Assembly (NCBI GenBank): GCA_965204345.1
Contig: OZ241981.1
Coordinates: forward strand, 1,888,001-1,952,000
Direction of reading: 5' to 3'
DNA: 64,000 nucleotides
DNA from: Nitrosopumilus sp.
GTDB taxonomy: Archaea; Thermoproteota; Nitrososphaeria; Nitrososphaerales; Nitrosopumilaceae
Part shown: positions 9,601 to 24,600 of the stretch, piece after piece
Numbering within the stretch: position 1 is the stretch's first letter
Layout of the letters: each line of letters starts with the position of its first letter
Translations under genes and position numbers: made by a program
Notes under the pieces: model-generated
Seen by the model: only the letters and a program-made list of their open reading frames with translations
The model's database searches: none
Told to the model about the DNA's origin: nothing

Positions 9601-12600
9601 TCTGCCCCCACATCTAGTGACTGTACGGACTTTGTCTCTACCATCCTGTCAAACGGACAGTTTGACTTTGAGCCTATCAATGCTTTTGCCAGTGCATCAA
9701 CATGTACAGTACAGGCAACTTTCTCTGATGGAAACAGGCATACAACTGCAGAGCTTACAATAAACTATCTGGATGCTGCAACCGTATCCCTAGATACAGA
9801 TGTAACTGATCCTACCAACTCTGAGGCCATACAATTTACGGCAACATTTGGCAGTGACGTCACAGGATTTATCGCAGATGACATTGTAGTGACAATTGAT
9901 GGAAACCCCGCCACACCTGGCAGCCTGATATCTGCATTTAGTGGAAGCGGTGCTGACTATGCCTTTACAGTAACACACGGCATCACCGCAGAAGGACAGC
10001 TAACAGTTACCATACCTGCCAATGCGGTAGCAGAGGGTAACACAGCAAGTACTGTCACTACATTCACAGTGGACAGAATAGTCCCAACTGTAACCATCAC
10101 ACCTGCCGATGGCACTACCACCAGCGATGACCCAGTAACGTTTACGGCAACATTTAGCGAGGACGTTGTGAACTTTGAGATAGGTGACATTACAGTAACT
10201 GGCACTGCCAATGCCACCAATCCTGTAGCATCCAACCTTCTTGGAACAGGCAGTGTCTACACCTTTGATGTTGCTCGCGGCACCACAGACGGAACCGTAA
10301 CTGCATCAATAGATGCAGGTGTACTAGCAGACCTTGCAGGCAATCTTAACACTGCATCTAATTCAGTTACAGTTACCATAACTACCAACACACTGCCACC
10401 GGTTCCTGCTGTAACACCTGGCATAACCCTACAGCACCCAGTACTGGCCGCACACCAAGAGTTCTCACTTGATGACCACTTTACAGATCCCGAAGGTGAT
10501 ACGCTATCATACACCAATCCATCAGATGACTGTACTGGAACCCTGACGCAGCAGCCACCAGCTGGCTCTGATACGTTCAGGTTTGTATCCTCTGATGCTG
10601 AGACATGTACGCTCTCCTTTGACATCTCTGATGGCACTATTGCCAGCACTGGCAGTGCCTACACTGTAAACATATCTGTGGTATTGGATGCCGCACCAGT
10701 ACGTACTGCAACACCGCTGACAGTTGATGTACCTGTAGACCAGCCCCGAAAGGTTACACTTGACATTAACAATTATTACACCGATGACGGCACACTGACA
10801 CTAGTCTCTGCCCCCACATCTAGTGACTGTACGGACTTTGTCTCTACCATCCTGTCAAACGGACAGTTTGACTTTGAACCTATCAATGCTTTTGCTAGTG
10901 CATCAACATGTACAGTACAGGCAACCTTCTCTGATGGAAACAGGCACACAGATACAGAGATTACAATAAACTATCTTAGCCTTCCAACCGTAACTGTTGC
11001 AGAGGGTGAATCTCTTTCACATCAGGTATCATTACCTGCTAACTTTTTCCCCGCTGATGTCGGTCTCATAAGCACCGGTCATCGTTATCTAAGCATAAAT
11101 TTGGATGGACTAGTCACAGGCAACATACCTTTTGATGTAGTGACTCATCCCCCAACTGGCACCAGCATAAGGGATGACTTTGACCTCTCTACTGAAATCC
11201 AGGTAGAATATCAACTAGATGATGGTGCTGATATCATTACTGGGTCATTTACACTGACTGTCACAGATGTCAACCGTGTTCCTGCTGGAACTGTACCACC
11301 TAGTTTTTCATTTAATATTGATGAGACACACACAGGCAACCTAGCTACCAACATTGCAGATCCGGACGGTGATACCCTGTCCTATACCCTAGATAACAAT
11401 GCATGCCAGTCATCTAGCGTGACTGTAAATCCGACGGGTGCCTTTACCGTTACTGCAACGCCAAACAACGCGGTGACATATCCTGAAGACTGTAGCTTTA
11501 CCTTTGATGTGACAGACGGCTCTGCAACAGAACAGTTTACATCCTCATACCGTGTGTTATCTACCGTAACTAACCTACTGCCACCAATACCTGCCTCCGT
11601 ACCATCTGCAACAGTCGAATATCCAAGCATAACAGATCCGCAAATTTCACTGCGTGACCACTTTGAGGATCCCGAATTTGACACGCTGTCTTTCAATAAT
11701 TTCTCAAGCTGCGCTGCTGGTGTCACCTTGGATGTTACACTGCTAGACAATCATAACATGCAAATTGCTCCCTTCGCACGTGATGTCGGCACTACATGTG
11801 TGGTATCCTTTGACATCTCAGACGGCACGACGCAAAGCACGGGGCAGCCATACTCTTTTGAGCTGGTAGTCACAGAAAATCCCGCACCCGTACGAACTGC
11901 AACGCCTCTGGTAATTGACGTCCTATCAGACCAGTCTAGGACAGTTACAATTGACATTAACGACTATTACACAGATGACAAGTCACTGTCAATATTTAGT
12001 ACTATAACCTCTGATGACTGTACATTTAGATCTACCTCACCAGACAGTGGCGTGTTTACATTTGAGGCCATAGAAGACTCTACTGGCGGGCTAACATGCA
12101 CAGTACAGACAACCTTCTCTGATGGAAACTACCTTACACCTGTAGCGTTTACAATAAACTATCTGGATCGTACATCCGTATCTCTGACTACGGATGTAGG
12201 CGATCTCACCAACCTTGAGGCCATACCATATACGGTAACATTTGGCAGAGCTGTCACAGGATTTGATCAGGATGATATTATAGTGCGTATTGATGAAACC
12301 ACCACCACACCTGGCCTGATAACTTCCTTTGCGGGAGAGGGAGCCCAATACACCTTTACAGTCACACACGGCCTCACAGAAAGCCTGCTAGTAGTAGTCA
12401 TACCTGCTGATGCAGCTGATGGTGGCAGTGCTAGTGATATATCTCGTATTACGGTGGACAGGGCAAACCCCACAGTATCCATTACGCCTGCCGATGGCAC
12501 CATCACTAGTGATGACCCAGTAACATTTACTGCAACATTTAGCGAGGATGTCCAGAACTTTATCCTATCTGACATTACAGTAACAGGCACCGCAAACGGC

Positions 12601-15600
12601 ACCAATCCGGCAGCAGCCAACTTTGTAACAGTTGATGCCCGCACATACACCTTTGATGTTGCTCGCGGAACCTCAGACGGAACCGTAACTGCATCCATAG
12701 CAGCAGATGTAGCAACAGACCTTGCAGGCAACCTCAACGCCGCATCTGCCCCGGTTACCGTCACCATAGACACCACTGTCCCATCAGTATCCCTGGACAC
12801 AACTGCTGCTGATACTACCAACTCTGAGGCCATCGAATTTACTGCAACATTTGACAGGGATGTCACACAATTCGTCCAAGAGGACATTGTCGTGGCAATT
12901 AACGGAACCGACACATCTGGCCTGATATCTGCATTTAGTGGAAGCGGTGCTGACTATGCCTTTACAGTAACACACGGCATCGCCACACAAGGTGAACTAG
13001 CAGTAACAATACCTGACGGTGTGGTAGCAGAGGGCAACACGGCAAGTACTCATACACTTACCGTGGACAGAATAAGACCATCAGTATCCATTACACCTGC
13101 CGATGGTACCACCACCAGTGATAACTCAGTAACATTTACTGCAACATTTAGCGAGGACGTCGAAGACTTTGAACTAACTGACATTACAGTAACGGGCACT
13201 GCAAACGGTGGTGTTCCGGCAGCAGCCAACTTTGTAACAGTTGATGCCAGCACATACACCTTTGATGTGGCTCGAGGCTCTACAGACGGAACCGTAATTC
13301 CATCCATTGCAGCAGACATAGCAACAGACCTTGCAGGCAACCTCAACACTGCATCTAATTCAGTTACAGTTACCATAACTACCAACACACTGCCACCAGT
13401 TCCTGCTGTAACACCGGGCATAACCCTACAGCATCCTGTATTGGCTGCACACCAAGAGTTCTCACTTGATGCCCACTTTACAGATCCCGAAGGTGATACG
13501 CTATCATACACCAACATATCAGATGACTGTACTGGAACCCTGACGCAGCAGCCACCAGCTGGCTCTGATACGTTCAGGTTTGTATCCTCAACTGCTGAGA
13601 CATGTACGCTCTCCTTTGACATCTCTGATGGCACTGATGCCAGCACTGGTGCTGCCTACACTGTAAACATATCTGTGGTATTGGATGCCGCACCAGTACG
13701 TACTGCAACACCGCTGACAGTTGATGTCCTATCAAGCCAGCCCAGAAAGGTTACACTTGACATTAACAATTATTACACAGATGACGGCACACTGACACTA
13801 GTCTCTGCCCCCACATCTAGTGACTGTACGGACTTTACCTCTACCATCCTGTCAAACGGACAGTTTGACTTTGAGCCTATCAATGCTTTTGCTGGTGCAT
13901 CAACATGTACAGTACAGGCAACCTTCTCTGATGGAAACAGGCATACGACTGCAGAGCTTACAATAAACTATCTGGATGCTGCAACCGTATCCCTAGATAC
14001 AGATGTAACTGATCCTACCAACTCTGAGGCCATACAATTTACGGCAACATTTGGCAGTGACGTCACAGGATTTATCGCAGATGACATTGTAGTGACAATT
14101 GACGGAAACCCCGCCACACCTGGCAGCCTGATATCTGCCTTTAATGGAAGCGGTGCTGACTATACCTTTACAGTAACACACGGCATCACCGCAGAAGGAC
14201 AGCTAACAGTAACCATACCTGCCAATGCGGTCGTAGAGGGTAACACAGCAAGTGCTACGACTACACTCACAGTAGACAGAATAGTCCCAACTGTAACTAT
14301 CACACCTGCCGATGGTACTACCACTGGCGATGACCCAGTAACGTTTACGGCAACATTTAGCGAGGACGTCGAGGACTTTGAACTAACTGACATTACAGTA
14401 ACTGGTACCGCAAACGGCGGCAGTCCTGAGGCATCCAACCTTCTTGGAACAGGAAGTGTCTACACCTTTGATGTTGCTCGAGGCTCCACAGACGGAACCG
14501 TAATTCCATCCATTGCAGCAGACGTAGCAACAGATCTTGCAGGCAACTCCAACACCGCATCTGCCCCAGTTACTGTCACAATAGACACCGTTCCCCTAAC
14601 AGTCTCTGTGACTACAACTGTAGGAGAGAACACCAACTCTGATACGGTAACATTTACGGCAACATTTAGCAAGGACGTTGAGGACTTTATCCTTACTGAC
14701 ATTACAGTAACTGGTACCGCAAACGGCGGCAGTCCCGCAGCATCCAACCTTCTTGGAACAGGAAGTGTCTACACCTTTGATGTTGCTCGAGGCTCCACAG
14801 ACGGAACCGTAATTCCATCCATTGCAGCAGACGTAGCAACAGACCTTGCAGGCAACCCCAACACCGCATCTGCCCCAGTTACTGTCATAATAGACACTCT
14901 TGCCCCAACTGTCTCTGTCAGTTCATCTACAGGCAGTAGCACCGGACTTGATACGGTACCATTTAGAGTAACATTTGACGAAGACGTTGAGAACTTTGTC
15001 CTAGATGACATTACAGTAGCTGGTACCGCAAACGGCGGCACCCTCACAGCATCCGGCTTTGCAACAGTTGATGCCCGCACATACACCTTTAACGTTGCAG
15101 GCATATCTTCTGACGGAACAGTAATTGCATCCATTGCAGCAGATGTGGCAACAGACCTTGCAGGCAACCCCAACACCGCATCTGCTCCAGTTACCGTCAC
15201 CGTAGACACCACTGTCCCATCAGTATTCTTGGACACAACTGCTACTGATCCTACCAACTCTGATACCGTCAACTTTACTGCAACATTTGACGAGGATGTC
15301 ACAGGATTTGTGCAATCTGACATCGTTGTAGCAATTGACGGAACCCCAGCAGCTAATAGCCTGATAACTGCCTTTAGTGGGAGCGGTGCTGACTATACCT
15401 TTACAGTAACACACGGCATCGCCGCAGAAGGACAGCTGACAGTAACCATACCTGACGATGCGGTAGTAGAGGGCAACACAGCAAATACTCGTACACTTAC
15501 AGTGGACAGAATAGATCCAACTGTAACCATCACACCTGTCGATGGTACTATCACTGGCGATGACCCCGTAACCTTTACGGCAACCTTTAGTGAGGATGTT

Positions 15601-18600
15601 GAGAACTTTGTCCTAGCTGACATTACAGTAACTGGTACTGTCAACGGCGGCAGTCCAGTAGCATCCAACCTTCTTGGAGACGGCAGTGTCTACACCTTTG
15701 ATGTTGCTCGCGGCTCGACAGACGGAACCGTAACCGTATCAATTGCAGGAGATGTGGCAAGAGATCTTGCAGACAATCCCAACACTGCATCTAATTCAGT
15801 TACCATAACTATTACAACACTGCCTCCGGTTCCTGCGGTATCGCCTGGCATAACCCTGCAGCATCCTGTATTAGACCCACACCAAGAGTTCTCACTTGAT
15901 GACCACTTTACAGATCCTAATGGTGATACGCTATCATACACCAACATATCAGATGACTGTACTGGAACCCTGACGCAGCAGCCACCAGCTGGCTCTGATA
16001 CGTTCAGGTTTGTATCCTCAGATGCTGAGACATGTACGCTCTCCTTTGACATCTCTGATGGCACATATACCAGCACAGGCGGTGCATACACTGTAAACAT
16101 ATCTGTGGTATTGGATGCCGCACCAGTACGTACTGCAACACCGCTGACAGTTGATGTCCTATCAAGCCAGCCCAGAAAGGTTACACTTGACATTAACAAT
16201 TATTACACAGATACCCAGACACTGACACTAGTCTCTGCCCCCACATCTAGTGATTGTACGGACTTTACCTCTACCATCCTGTCAAACGGACAGTTTGACT
16301 TTGAGCCTATCAATGCTTTTGCCAGTGCATCAACATGTACAGTACAAGCAACTTTCTCTGATGGAAACAGGCATACAACAGCAGATCTTACAATAAACTA
16401 TCTGGATGCTGCAACCGTATCCCTAGATACGGATGTAACTGATCCTACCAACTCTGAGGCCATACCATTTACGGCAACATTTGGCAGTGACGTCACAGGA
16501 TTTATCGCAGATGACATTGTAGTGACAATTGATGGAAACTCCGCCACACCTGGCAGCCTGATAACTGCCTTTAGTGGAAGCGGTGCTGACTATGCCTTTA
16601 CAGTCACACACGGCATCGCCGCAGAAGGACAGCTAGCAGTAACCATACCTGCCAATGCGGTAGTAGAGGGTAACACAGCAAGTGCTACGACTACACTCAC
16701 AGTGGACAGAATAGATCCAACTGTAACTATCACACCTGCCGATGGTACTACCACTGGCGATGACCCAGTAACGTTTACGGCAACATTTAGCGAGGACGTT
16801 GAGAACTTTGAGCTAGCTGACATTACAGTAACTGGCACTGCCAATGGCGGCAGTCCAGTAGCATCCAACTTTGTAACCCTTGATGCCCGCACATACACCT
16901 TTGATGTTGCTCGCGGCACCACAGACGGAACCGTAATTGCGTCCATTGCAGCAGACGTAGCAACAGACCTTGCAGGCAACTCCAACACCGCATCTAATTC
17001 AGTTACCGTCACCGTAGACACCACTGTCTCATCAGTATCCCTGGACACAACTGCTGCTGATCCTACCAACTCTGAGGCCATCGAATTTACTGCAACATTT
17101 GACAGGGATGTCACACAATTCACCCTAGAGGACATTGTCGTGGCAATTAACGGAACTGACACATCTGGCCTGATATCTGCATTTAGTGGAAGCGGTGCTG
17201 ACTATGCCTTTACAGTAACACACGGCATCACCACACAAGGTGAACTAACAGTAACAATACCTGCCAATGCGGTCGTAGAGGGCAACACGGCAAGTACTCA
17301 TACACTTACCGTGGACAGAATAAGACCATCAGTATCCATTACACCTGCCGATGGTACCACCACCAGCGATAACTCAGTAACATTTACTGCAACCTTTAGT
17401 GAGGACGTCGAGGACTTTGAACTAGCTGACATTAGAGTAACTGGTACTGCCAATGGCACCAATCCAGTAGCATCCAACCTTCTTGGAACAGGAAATGTCT
17501 ACACCTTTGATGTTGCTCGAGGCACCACAGACGGAACCATAATTCCATCCATTGCAGCAGACGTAGCAACAGACCTTGCAGGTAACCTCAACACTGCATC
17601 TAATTTAGTTACAGTTACCATAACTACCAACACACTGCCACCAGTTCCTGCTGTAACACCGGGCATAACCCTACAGCATCCTGTACTGGCCGCACACCAA
17701 GAGTTTTCACTTGATGCCCACTTTACAGACCCCGAAGGTGATACGCTATCATACACCAACATATCAGATGACTGTACTGGAACCCTGACGCAGCAGCCAC
17801 CAGCTGGCTCTGATACGTTCAGGTTTGCATCCTCTGCTGCTGAGACATGTACGCTCTCCTTTGACATCTCTGATGGCACTGATGCCAGCACTGGTGCTGC
17901 CTACACTGTAAACATATCTGTGGTATTGGATGCCGCACCAGTACGTACTGCAACACCGCTGACAGTTGATGTCCTATCAAGCCAGCCCAGAAAGGTTACA
18001 CTTGACATTAACAATTATTACACAGATACCCAGACACTGACACTAGTCTCTGCTCCCACATCTAGTGACTGTACGGACTTTACCTCTACCATCCTGTCAA
18101 ACGGACAGTTTGACTTTGAGCCTATCAATGCTTTTGCCAGTGCATCAACATGTACAGTACAGGCAACCTTCTCTGATGGAAACAGGCATACAACAGCAGA
18201 TCTTACAATAAACTATCTGGATGCTGCAACCGTATCCCTAGATACGGATGTAACTGATCCTACCAACTCTGAGGCCATACCATTTACGGCAACATTTGGC
18301 AGTGACGTCACAGGATTTATCGCAGATGACATTGTAGTGACAATTGATGGAAACTCCGCCACACCTGGCAGCCTGATATCTACCTTTAGTGGAAGCGGTG
18401 CTGACTATGCCTTTACAGTCACACACGGCATCACCGCAGAAGGACAGCTAACAGTAACCATACCTACCAATGCGGTAGTAGAGGGTAACACAGCAAGTGC
18501 TACGACTACACTCACAGTAGACAGAATAGTCCCAACTGTAACTATCACACCTGCCGATGGTACTACCACTGGCGATGACCCAGTAACGTTTACGGCAACA

Positions 18601-21600
18601 TTTAGCGAGGACGTTGAGAACTTTGTTCTGGCTGACATTACAGTAGCAGGCACCGCAAACGGCGGCACTCCAACAGCATCCAACTTTGTAACCCTTGATG
18701 CCCGCACATACACCTTTGATGTTGCTCGCGGCACCACAGACGGAACCGTAATTGCGTCCATTGCAGCAGACGTAGCAACAGACCTTGCAGGCAACTCCAA
18801 CACCGCATCTAATTCAGTTACCGTCACCGTAGACACCACTGTCTCATCAGTATCCCTGGACACAACTGCTGCTGATCCTACCAACTCTGAGGCCATCGAA
18901 TTTACTGCAACATTTGACAGGGATGTCACACAATTCACCCTAGAGGACATTGTCGTGGCAATTAACGGAACTGACACATCTGGCCTGATATCTGCATTTA
19001 GTGGAAGCGGTGCTGACTATGCCTTTACAGTAACACACGGCATCACCACACAAGGTGAACTAACAGTAACAATACCTGCCAATGCGGTCGTAGAGGGCAA
19101 CACGGCAAGTACTCATACACTTACCGTGGACAGAATAAGACCATCAGTATCCATTACACCTGCCGATGGTACCACCACCAGCGATAACTCAGTAACATTT
19201 ACTGCAACCTTTAGTGAGGACGTCGAGGACTTTGAACTAGCTGACATTAGAGTAACTGGTACTGCCAATGGCACCAATCCAGTAGCATCCAACCTTCTTG
19301 GAACAGGAAATGTCTACACCTTTGATGTTGCTCGAGGCACCACAGACGGAACCATAATTCCATCCATTGCAGCAGACGTAGCAACAGACCTTGCAGGTAA
19401 CCTCAACACTGCATCTAATTTAGTTACAGTTACCATAACTACCAACACACTGCCACCAGTTCCTGCTGTAACACCGGGCATAACCCTACAGCATCCTGTA
19501 CTGGCCGCACACCAAGAGTTTTCACTTGATGCCCACTTTACAGACCCCGAAGGTGATACGCTATCATACACCAACATATCAGATGACTGTACTGGAACCC
19601 TGACGCAGCAGCCACCAGCTGGCTCTGATACGTTCAGGTTTGCATCCTCTGCTGCTGAGACATGTACGCTCTCCTTTGACATCTCTGATGGCACTGATGC
19701 CAGCACTGGTGCTGCCTACACTGTAAACATATCTGTGGTATTGGATGCCGCACCAGTACGTACTGCAACACCCCTGACAGTTGATGTCCTATCAAGCCAG
19801 CCCAGAAAGGTTACACTTGACATTAACAATTATTACACAGATACCCAGACACTGACACTAGTCTCTGCCCCCACATCTAGTGATTGTACGGACTTTACCT
19901 CTACCATCCTGTCAAACGGACAGTTTGACTTTGAGCCTATCAATGCTTTTGCCAGTGCATCAACATGTACAGTACAAGCAACTTTCTCTGATGGAAACAG
20001 GCATACAACAGCAGATCTTACAATAAACTATCTGGATGCTGCAACCGTATCCCTGAGTACTGATGTAACTGATCCTACCAACTCTGAGGCCATACCATTT
20101 ACGGCAACATTTGGCAGTGACGTCACAGGATTTATCGCAGATGACATTGTAGTGACAATTGATGGAAACTCCGCCACACCTGGCAGCCTGATAACTGCCT
20201 TTAGTGGAAGCGGTGCTGACTATGCCTTTACAGTCACACACGGCATCGCCGCAGAAGGACAGCTAGCAGTAACCATACCTGCCAATGCGGTAGTAGAGGG
20301 TAACACAGCAAGTGCTACGACTACACTCACAGTGGACAGAATAGATCCAACTGTAACTATCACACCTGCCGATGGTACTACCACTGGCGATGACCCAGTA
20401 ACGTTTACGGCAACATTTAGCGAGGACGTTGAGAACTTTGAGCTAGCTGACATTACAGTAACTGGCACTGCCAATGGCGGCAGTCCTGAGGCAACCAACC
20501 TTAATGGTGAAGGAAGTGTCTACACCTTTGATGTTGCTCGCGGCTCCACAGACGGAACCGTAACTCCATCCATTGCAGCAAATGTGGCAACAGACCTTGC
20601 AGGCAACTCCAACACCGCATCTGCCCCAGTTACTGTCACCGTAGACACCACTGTTCCATCAGTATCCCTGGACACAACTGCTGCTGATCCTACCAACTCT
20701 GAGGCCATCGAATTTACTGCAACATTTAACGAGGATGTCACAGGATTTATCGCAGATGACATTGTCGTGGCAATTAACGGAACTGACACATCTGGCCTGA
20801 TATCTGCATTTAGTGGAAGCGGTGCTGACTATGCCTTTACAGTAACACACGACATCACCACACAAGGCGAACTAACAGTAACAATACCTGACGGTGCTGT
20901 AGCAGAGGGCAACACGGCAAGTATTCATACACTCACAGTGGACAGAATAGATCCATCTGTAACTATTACACCAGCCGATGGTACCACCACCAGCGATAAC
21001 TCAGTAACATTTACTGCAACCTTTAGTGAGGACGTCGAGGACTTTGAACTAGCTGACATTACAGTAACTGGTACCGCAAACGGCGGCAATCCAGTGGCAG
21101 ACAACTTTGTAACAGTTGATGACCGCACATACACCTTTGATGTTGCTCGCGGTTCCTCAGACGGAACCGTATCTCCATCCATAGGAGCAAATGTGGCAAC
21201 AGACCTTGCAGGCAACTCCAACACCGCATCTGCCCCAGTTACCGTCACAATAGACACCATTGTCCCAACCGTATCCATTACACCTGCCGATGGCACCATC
21301 ACTGGTGATGACCCCGTAACCTTTACGGCAACCTTTAGCGAGGATGTCCAGAACTTTGTCCTAGCTGATATTACAATAACTGGTACTGCCAACGACGGCA
21401 ATCCAGCAGCAGCCAACTTTGTAACAGTTGATGACCGCACATACACCTTTGATGTTGCTCGCGGTTCCTCAGACGGAACCGTAACTTCATCCATAGCAGC
21501 AGACGTAGCAACAGACCTTGCAGGCAATTCCAACACCGCATCTGCCCCAGTTACCGTCACAATAGATACTACTGCCCTAACCGTATCCATTACACCTGCC

Positions 21601-24600
21601 GATGGCACCATCACTGGTGATGACCCCGTAACCTTTACGGCAACCTTTAGCGAGGATGTCCAAGACTTTGTCCTAGCTGACATTACAATAACTGGTACTG
21701 CCAACGACGGCAATCCAGTAGCAACCAACTTTGCAACAGTTGATGCCCGCACATACACCTTTGATGTTGCTCGCGGCTCTACAGACGGAACCGTATCTCC
21801 ATCCATTGCAGCAAATGTGGCAACAGACCTTGCAGGCAACTCCAACACCGCATCTGCCCCAGTTACTGTCACAATAGACACTATTGTCCCAACCGTATCC
21901 ATTACACCTGCCGATGGCACCATCACTGGTGATGACCCCGTAACCTTTACGGCAACCTTTAGCGAGGATGTCCAGAACTTTGTTCTGGCTGACATTACAG
22001 TAACGGGCACTGCCAACGGAGATGCTCCAGCAGCAACCAACTTTGCAACAGTTGATGCCCGCACATACACCTTTGATGTTGCTCGCGGCACCACAGACGG
22101 AACCGTAACTCCATCCATAGCAGTAGACGTAGCAACAGACCTTGCAGGCAACTCCAACACCGCATCTGCCCCAGTTACCGTCACAATAGACACTCTTGTT
22201 CCAACTGTCTCTGTAACTACAACTGCCAATGATCTCACCAACTCTGATACCATAACCTTTACGGCAACCTTTAACGAGGATGTCCAGAACTTTGTTCTGG
22301 CTGACATTACAGTGGCAGGCACCGCAAACGACGGCGCCCCAGCAGCAGCCAACCTTGTAACAGTTGGTGCCCGCACATACACCTTTGATGTTGCTCGCGG
22401 CTCCTCAGACGGAACCGTAACTGCATCAATAGATGCTGGTGCGCTAACAGACCTTGCAGGCAACTCCAACACCGCATCTAATTTAGTCACCGTCACAATA
22501 GACACCACTGCCCCAACAGTCTCTGTCAGTTCACCTGCTGGCAGCAGCACCGGACTTGATACGGTACCATTTATAGTAGAATTTAGAGAGGATGTTGAAG
22601 AGTTTATCCTAACTGACATTACAGTAACAGGCACTGCCAACAACGGCACCCTCACAGCAACTGACTTTGTAGCAGTTGATGCCAGCACATACACCTTTAA
22701 CGTTGCAGGCATATCCTCTGACGGAACAGTAATTATATCCATTGCAGCAGACGTGGCAGCAGACCTTGCAGGCAACCCCAACACCGCATCTGCTCCAGTT
22801 ACCGTTACCATAAACACCGATGTCCCATACGTATCCCTGAGCACAGATGCTGCTGATCCTACAAACTCTGAGGCCATCTCATTTACTGCAACCTTTAGCG
22901 AGGATGTCACAGGATTTGTACAATCTGACATCGGTGTGGAAATTGACGGAACCCCAGCAGCTAATAGCCTGATAACTGCCTTTACTGAAACCAGTGGTAT
23001 CCAATACGACTTTACAGTCGCACACGGCATCACTCTAGAAGGTCAGCTGACAGTAAGAATACCTGACAATGTAGTAGAGGGTGACAACACCGATGCTGTA
23101 CATATTATCACTGTGGACATGGTAAGGCCATCCGTAACCATCACGTCTGCTGATGGCACCACCACTGGTGATGATCCAGTAACCTTTACTGCAACCTTTA
23201 ACGAGGATGTCCAGAACTTTGAACTAGGTGACATTACAGTAGAAGGCACTGCCAACGGCGGCAGTCCCACAGCATCCAACATTGGTGGTACTGGCAGTGT
23301 CTACACCTTTAATGTGGCACGCGGCTCATCAGACGGAACCGTAATTGTATCAATAGCAGCAGACGTAGCAACAGACCTTGCAGGCAACCCCAACACCGCA
23401 TCTGCTCCAGTTACTGTCACCATCAACACTACAGGAGATGACATTGAGGATAATATCCCGCTTGGAGGTCCTGATGGCCAACCTACATACGAGCCATCCT
23501 CAAATCTGATCACCCTTAATGTAATACATGACACATTACCTGACACAATTATTGCCACTGATGGCCAACTGATTAACTTTAATGGCGCACCAACATTTGC
23601 TGATGATAGTGCAAACGGAGTAAAGAGTGTGACAATCTCTAATTCTACAACTGTTGTTACTTCTGCTGTCTCTAATTCTCAAACAGTAACTGTCACTTAT
23701 CCAGCTAATGTCGTTGTAACCGGTTCATTTGGTGATTGGACTGGCCGTATTGCCGTTCCATCACTTTCTACTGGTACTGCTACTCCTCCAACACCAAATG
23801 ATGAGATAGGACTGGCATTCTCTGTAGGTGATGACAACACTAGACTAACATTTGATCAGGCAGTCAGGTTACTATTGCCTGGACAAGCAAGCCATGATGG
23901 TGCCTTCTTCCAAGGAGAAGATGCTGATGGCGTTATAGATTCACGACCACTAGTTGTATGTCCGTTTGTTCCTGTCAATCAGGCTACTGCCAATGATAAT
24001 CTTGAAGCTGGCAGCGCACTGGAATCCTGTTTTACTCGTCCTGGCTCTGATATGATCATCTGGACCACACACTTTAGCTCATTTGGCTCATTCTCTGTAT
24101 CTGATGATCAGCCTGCTGTTACACCATCCGCATCTTCTGGCGGTAACCGCGGTGGCGGTGGCGGCGGTGGCGGCGGAGGAGGAGGAGGCAACAGCGGCCA
24201 GTCTCCTGACTCGCGCATATGTGGCCTCCAGCTTTGCAGTGAGATCAACACAGGAACGGGCTCTTCATCTGGTTCTAGCATATCTACAAACAATACTCAG
24301 ACTGGAGCAGGACAAGATCTGATGGATCCAGAACCACAGGTACCCGGTCTGAATGAGGCAGAGGAGGAGAAGAAGGAAGAAGGGCTGATAAAGATGGACC
24401 CAGAACCAGCTATGGAAACTCAGATGGACCCAGAACCAGCTATGGAAACTGATATGGACCCAGAACCAGCTATGGAAACCCAGATGGACCCAGAACCATC
24501 TATGGAAATTGAGATGGATCCAGAACCACAGGTACCAGGTTTGAATGAAAAGACAGACCCAGAACCAACAGCAGAAGCAGGAACGTCTACAATGATGGAT

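Noticed and set aside
20925-23033. 702-aa antisense ORF and many smaller ones inside the giant gene
   Set aside because: Expected shadow of Thr/Asp/Val-biased repetitive codons; no independent motifs.
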